DNA from: Torpedo marmorata
Taxonomy: Eukaryota
Reading direction: 5' to 3'
DNA: 64,000 nt
NCBI GenBank assembly: GCA_977017645.1
Contig: OZ360238.1
Span: 26,784,001 to 26,848,000, forward strand
Below are positions 62,023-64,000 of the stretch, one piece after another (within the stretch, counting starts at the first letter, position 1; each line of letters starts with the position of its first letter). The translations under genes were made by a program, and so were the position numbers. The notes under the pieces are model-generated. The model searched no databases. It saw only the letters and a program-made list of their open reading frames with translations, and was not told the DNA's origin.

Positions 62023-64000
62023 ATGGAAGGAGCACTACGACCAGCTATCCTAGACCTCGACCACCTAGCCCCCGAGGCTAGTAACATCTTTGAACACTGG
62101 CTGGCCTGCCTCGAATCGTTCATGTTCACAGTGAAAGCCGAAAGTGAAGAGGAACAACTGAGAGTCCTTACCTCCAGGGTGAGCCATCGGGTGTACACGA
62201 CGGTAAGAGAACACCGAACCTACACGGGGGCCATCGGGGCCCTGAAAGGAATCTACCTAGCGCCCGTCAACGCGGTCTACGCGCGATACCGGCTCTACTC
62301 ACGGAGGCAGCGAACCGGGGAATCGACTGTGGAATATGTCAGGGCCATCCAGTCACTTGCACGGGCGTGCGACTGTAAAGCCCAGACTGCGGAGGAACAC
62401 TTGCGAGTGGTGGAGCGAGATGCGTTCATCATGGGGCTCAGGTCGGTAGATGTGCGCCAGAGACTATTAGAGCACGCCGACCTGGACTTTTCGGGGGCGG
62501 TAGCGATGGTCAACACGCTGGAGACCGCGCAGCGGAACACCGATGCCTTGCAGGCCCAGCCCGCAACGTGGTCGGCCCCATCCCCTAGCCCGGTGAACGA
62601 ACTGACCGCCGCCGCCGCCATCCGTGCCGACCCGATCGCGACCGCCGCCATCTGTGCCGACCCGATCGCGACCGCGATCCTCACCGCCGCTGCCGCCAGC
62701 CGCGAGCCCGAGAAGTGTTACTTCTGCGGGCTTGAGAAACACCCGCGGAAGCGCTGCCCGGCCCGTGACGCAACTTGTTCCGGATGCGGCAGGAAAGGCC
62801 ATTACATGAAGGCCTGCCGCTCCAAGTCGCGCCCGGGCCCGAGTAGCTCCGCGTGCGAGCTGCGGGGGCAGCCATCCTACCTGAACCTGCAGCAGCTTCC
62901 AGCGTCGACCTCGTGCGAGCCGCGGGGGTGGCCATCTTTGATGTTGGCACTTCCGGAACCGGCCTCGTGTGAGCCGCGGAGGCGGACATCTTTGATGCTG
63001 GCACTTCCTGCACCACCCGCATCCGTACTTCCAGCGATACTACCGCCGCCATTTTACAGCAGCGGCAGCAGCGACACGTGCGAGCCACGGGGGCGGCCAT
63101 CTTGCAGCAACACGTGCGAGCCGCGGGGGCGGCCATCTTTGTCGGCGGTGGAAGAAGAAGAAGAAGAAGAAGACGATGAATACTTGTCGGCGGTGGAAGA
63201 AGAAGACGATGAATACATCGCAACTCTTGCGTCAGTCACCCTCGACCAGAGCATCCCTCACCAGTTAGCAAGATCCATGATGGACATTCTGGTGGAGGGA
63301 TACAAGACCACCTGTCTCTTCGATACGGGCAGTACGGAGAGCTTCATCCACCCGGACACTGTCCAGCGCTGTGGCCTCACGATTATACTGGTAAGCCAGA
63401 AGGTGGCCATGGCGTCTGGGGCACACACAACAGACATCCGGGGGGCTTGTGTGGCTGATATTGTGGTACAGGGGACTAAGTACAAACATTTTTCTTTGTT
63501 AATAATGAATCGTTTATGTGCACCTGTATTGTTGGGGCTTGATTTTCAGAGTCACTTGCGCAGTGTCACGATGCGGTACGATGGTCCCCACCCTGCGATC
63601 ACTGTAGTCAACCCCCAGTTCCTTAATAATGAGCCCCAGACTACCTGTGGCCTCTCCACTCTTAAGATCTCGCCTCCGTCGCTATTCGCCAACCTGACCC
63701 CGGACTGTAAGCCTGTTGCAACCAAGAGCAGGCGATACAGTTCGGAGGACAGGGCGTTTATCAGGGCGGAGGTTCAGAGGTTGCTACAAGAGGGGATTAT
63801 TGAAAAGAGCAATAGTCCCTGGAGGGCGCAGGTGGTCGTGGTAAAAGGGGCCAAGAGGAGGATGGTGGTGGACTACAGTCAGACGATTAACCGGTTCACC
63901 TTGTTGGACGCATACCCGCTACCAAGGATAGCGGACATGGTTAATCAGATCGCCCAGTACAAGGTCTTTTCCACGATTGACCTGAAGTCCGCGTACCATC
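62023..64000 (+). CDS. Gypsy (Mag-like) gag-pol polyprotein, open to window end
   Basis: Translated by hand with no stop in 659 codons: gag RRQRTGESTVEYV, knuckles CYFCGLEKHPRKRC and CSGCGRKGHYMKAC, protease LFDTGS..LLGLDF, RT SPWRAQVVVV..RMVVDY..DAYPLP..IDLKSAYH. Confidence 0.96.
   Translation, partial: MEGALRPAILDLDHLAPEASNIFEHWLACLESFMFTVKAESEEEQLRVLTSRVSHRVYTTVREHRTYTGAIGALKGIYLAPVNAVYARYRLYSRRQRTGESTVEYVRAIQSLARACDCKAQTAEEHLRVVERDAFIMGLRSVDVRQRLLEHADLDFSGAVAMVNTLETAQRNTDALQAQPATWSAPSPSPVNELTAAAAIRADPIATAAICADPIATAILTAAAASREPEKCYFCGLEKHPRKRCPARDATCSGCGRKGHYMKACRSKSRPGPSSSACELRGQPSYLNLQQLPASTSCEPRGWPSLMLALPEPASCEPRRRTSLMLALPAPPASVLPAILPPPFYSSGSSDTCEPRGRPSCSNTCEPRGRPSLSAVEEEEEEEDDEYLSAVEEEDDEYIATLASVTLDQSIPHQLARSMMDILVEGYKTTCLFDTGSTESFIHPDTVQRCGLTIILVSQKVAMASGAHTTDIRGACVADIVVQGTKYKHFSLLIMNRLCAPVLLGLDFQSHLRSVTMRYDGPHPAITVVNPQFLNNEPQTTCGLSTLKISPPSLFANLTPDCKPVATKSRRYSSEDRAFIRAEVQRLLQEGIIEKSNSPWRAQVVVVKGAKRRMVVDYSQTINRFTLLDAYPLPRIADMVNQIAQYKVFSTIDLKSAYH

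Noticed and set aside
62295-63489. Minus-strand ORFs listed in the track
   Set aside because: Shadows of the plus-strand gag-pol frame
1-64000. CRISPR arrays or prokaryotic systems; a gene symbol for the host gene
   Set aside because: No repeat-spacer array and the DNA is vertebrate; no coding exon was recognised, so naming the gene would be a guess

Overview
Eukaryotic, repeat-rich DNA from a cartilaginous fish, probably a ray or shark (HE1/V-SINEs, HER1/CR1 LINEs, SacSINE-like DeuSINE, Penelope ends). No host protein-coding exon could be recognised. The centre (about 34.6-51.3 kb) is almost transposon-free and increasingly CpG-rich. It holds a CpG-island promoter (about 41.9-44.3 kb) and a second motif-rich promoter candidate (about 49.8-50.0 kb), probably of an unidentified minus-strand gene whose first intron(s) run leftward. 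The flanks are a mosaic of CR1, L1, Rex1/Babar and Penelope fragments, hAT and pogo/Tigger derivatives, a 5S-rRNA-derived SINE, and the 5' part of a young Gypsy element (254-bp LTR plus a gag-pro-RT ORF open from 62023 to the window end, absent from the ORF track). The most notable signals are four. (1) The Gypsy element has no tRNA primer-binding site; the post-LTR sequence instead pairs perfectly (13 nt) with its own LTR poly(A)-signal region. (2) Penelope ends carry minimal U3-variant hammerhead motifs, including a 465-bp fold-back insertion with a 15-bp TSD. (3) A 5S SINE and an 840-bp GC-rich element share a Rex1-type 3' stem-loop tail. (4) A probable pogo excision footprint sits in a local duplication. 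All family assignments are by eye from recalled consensus motifs; no searches were run.
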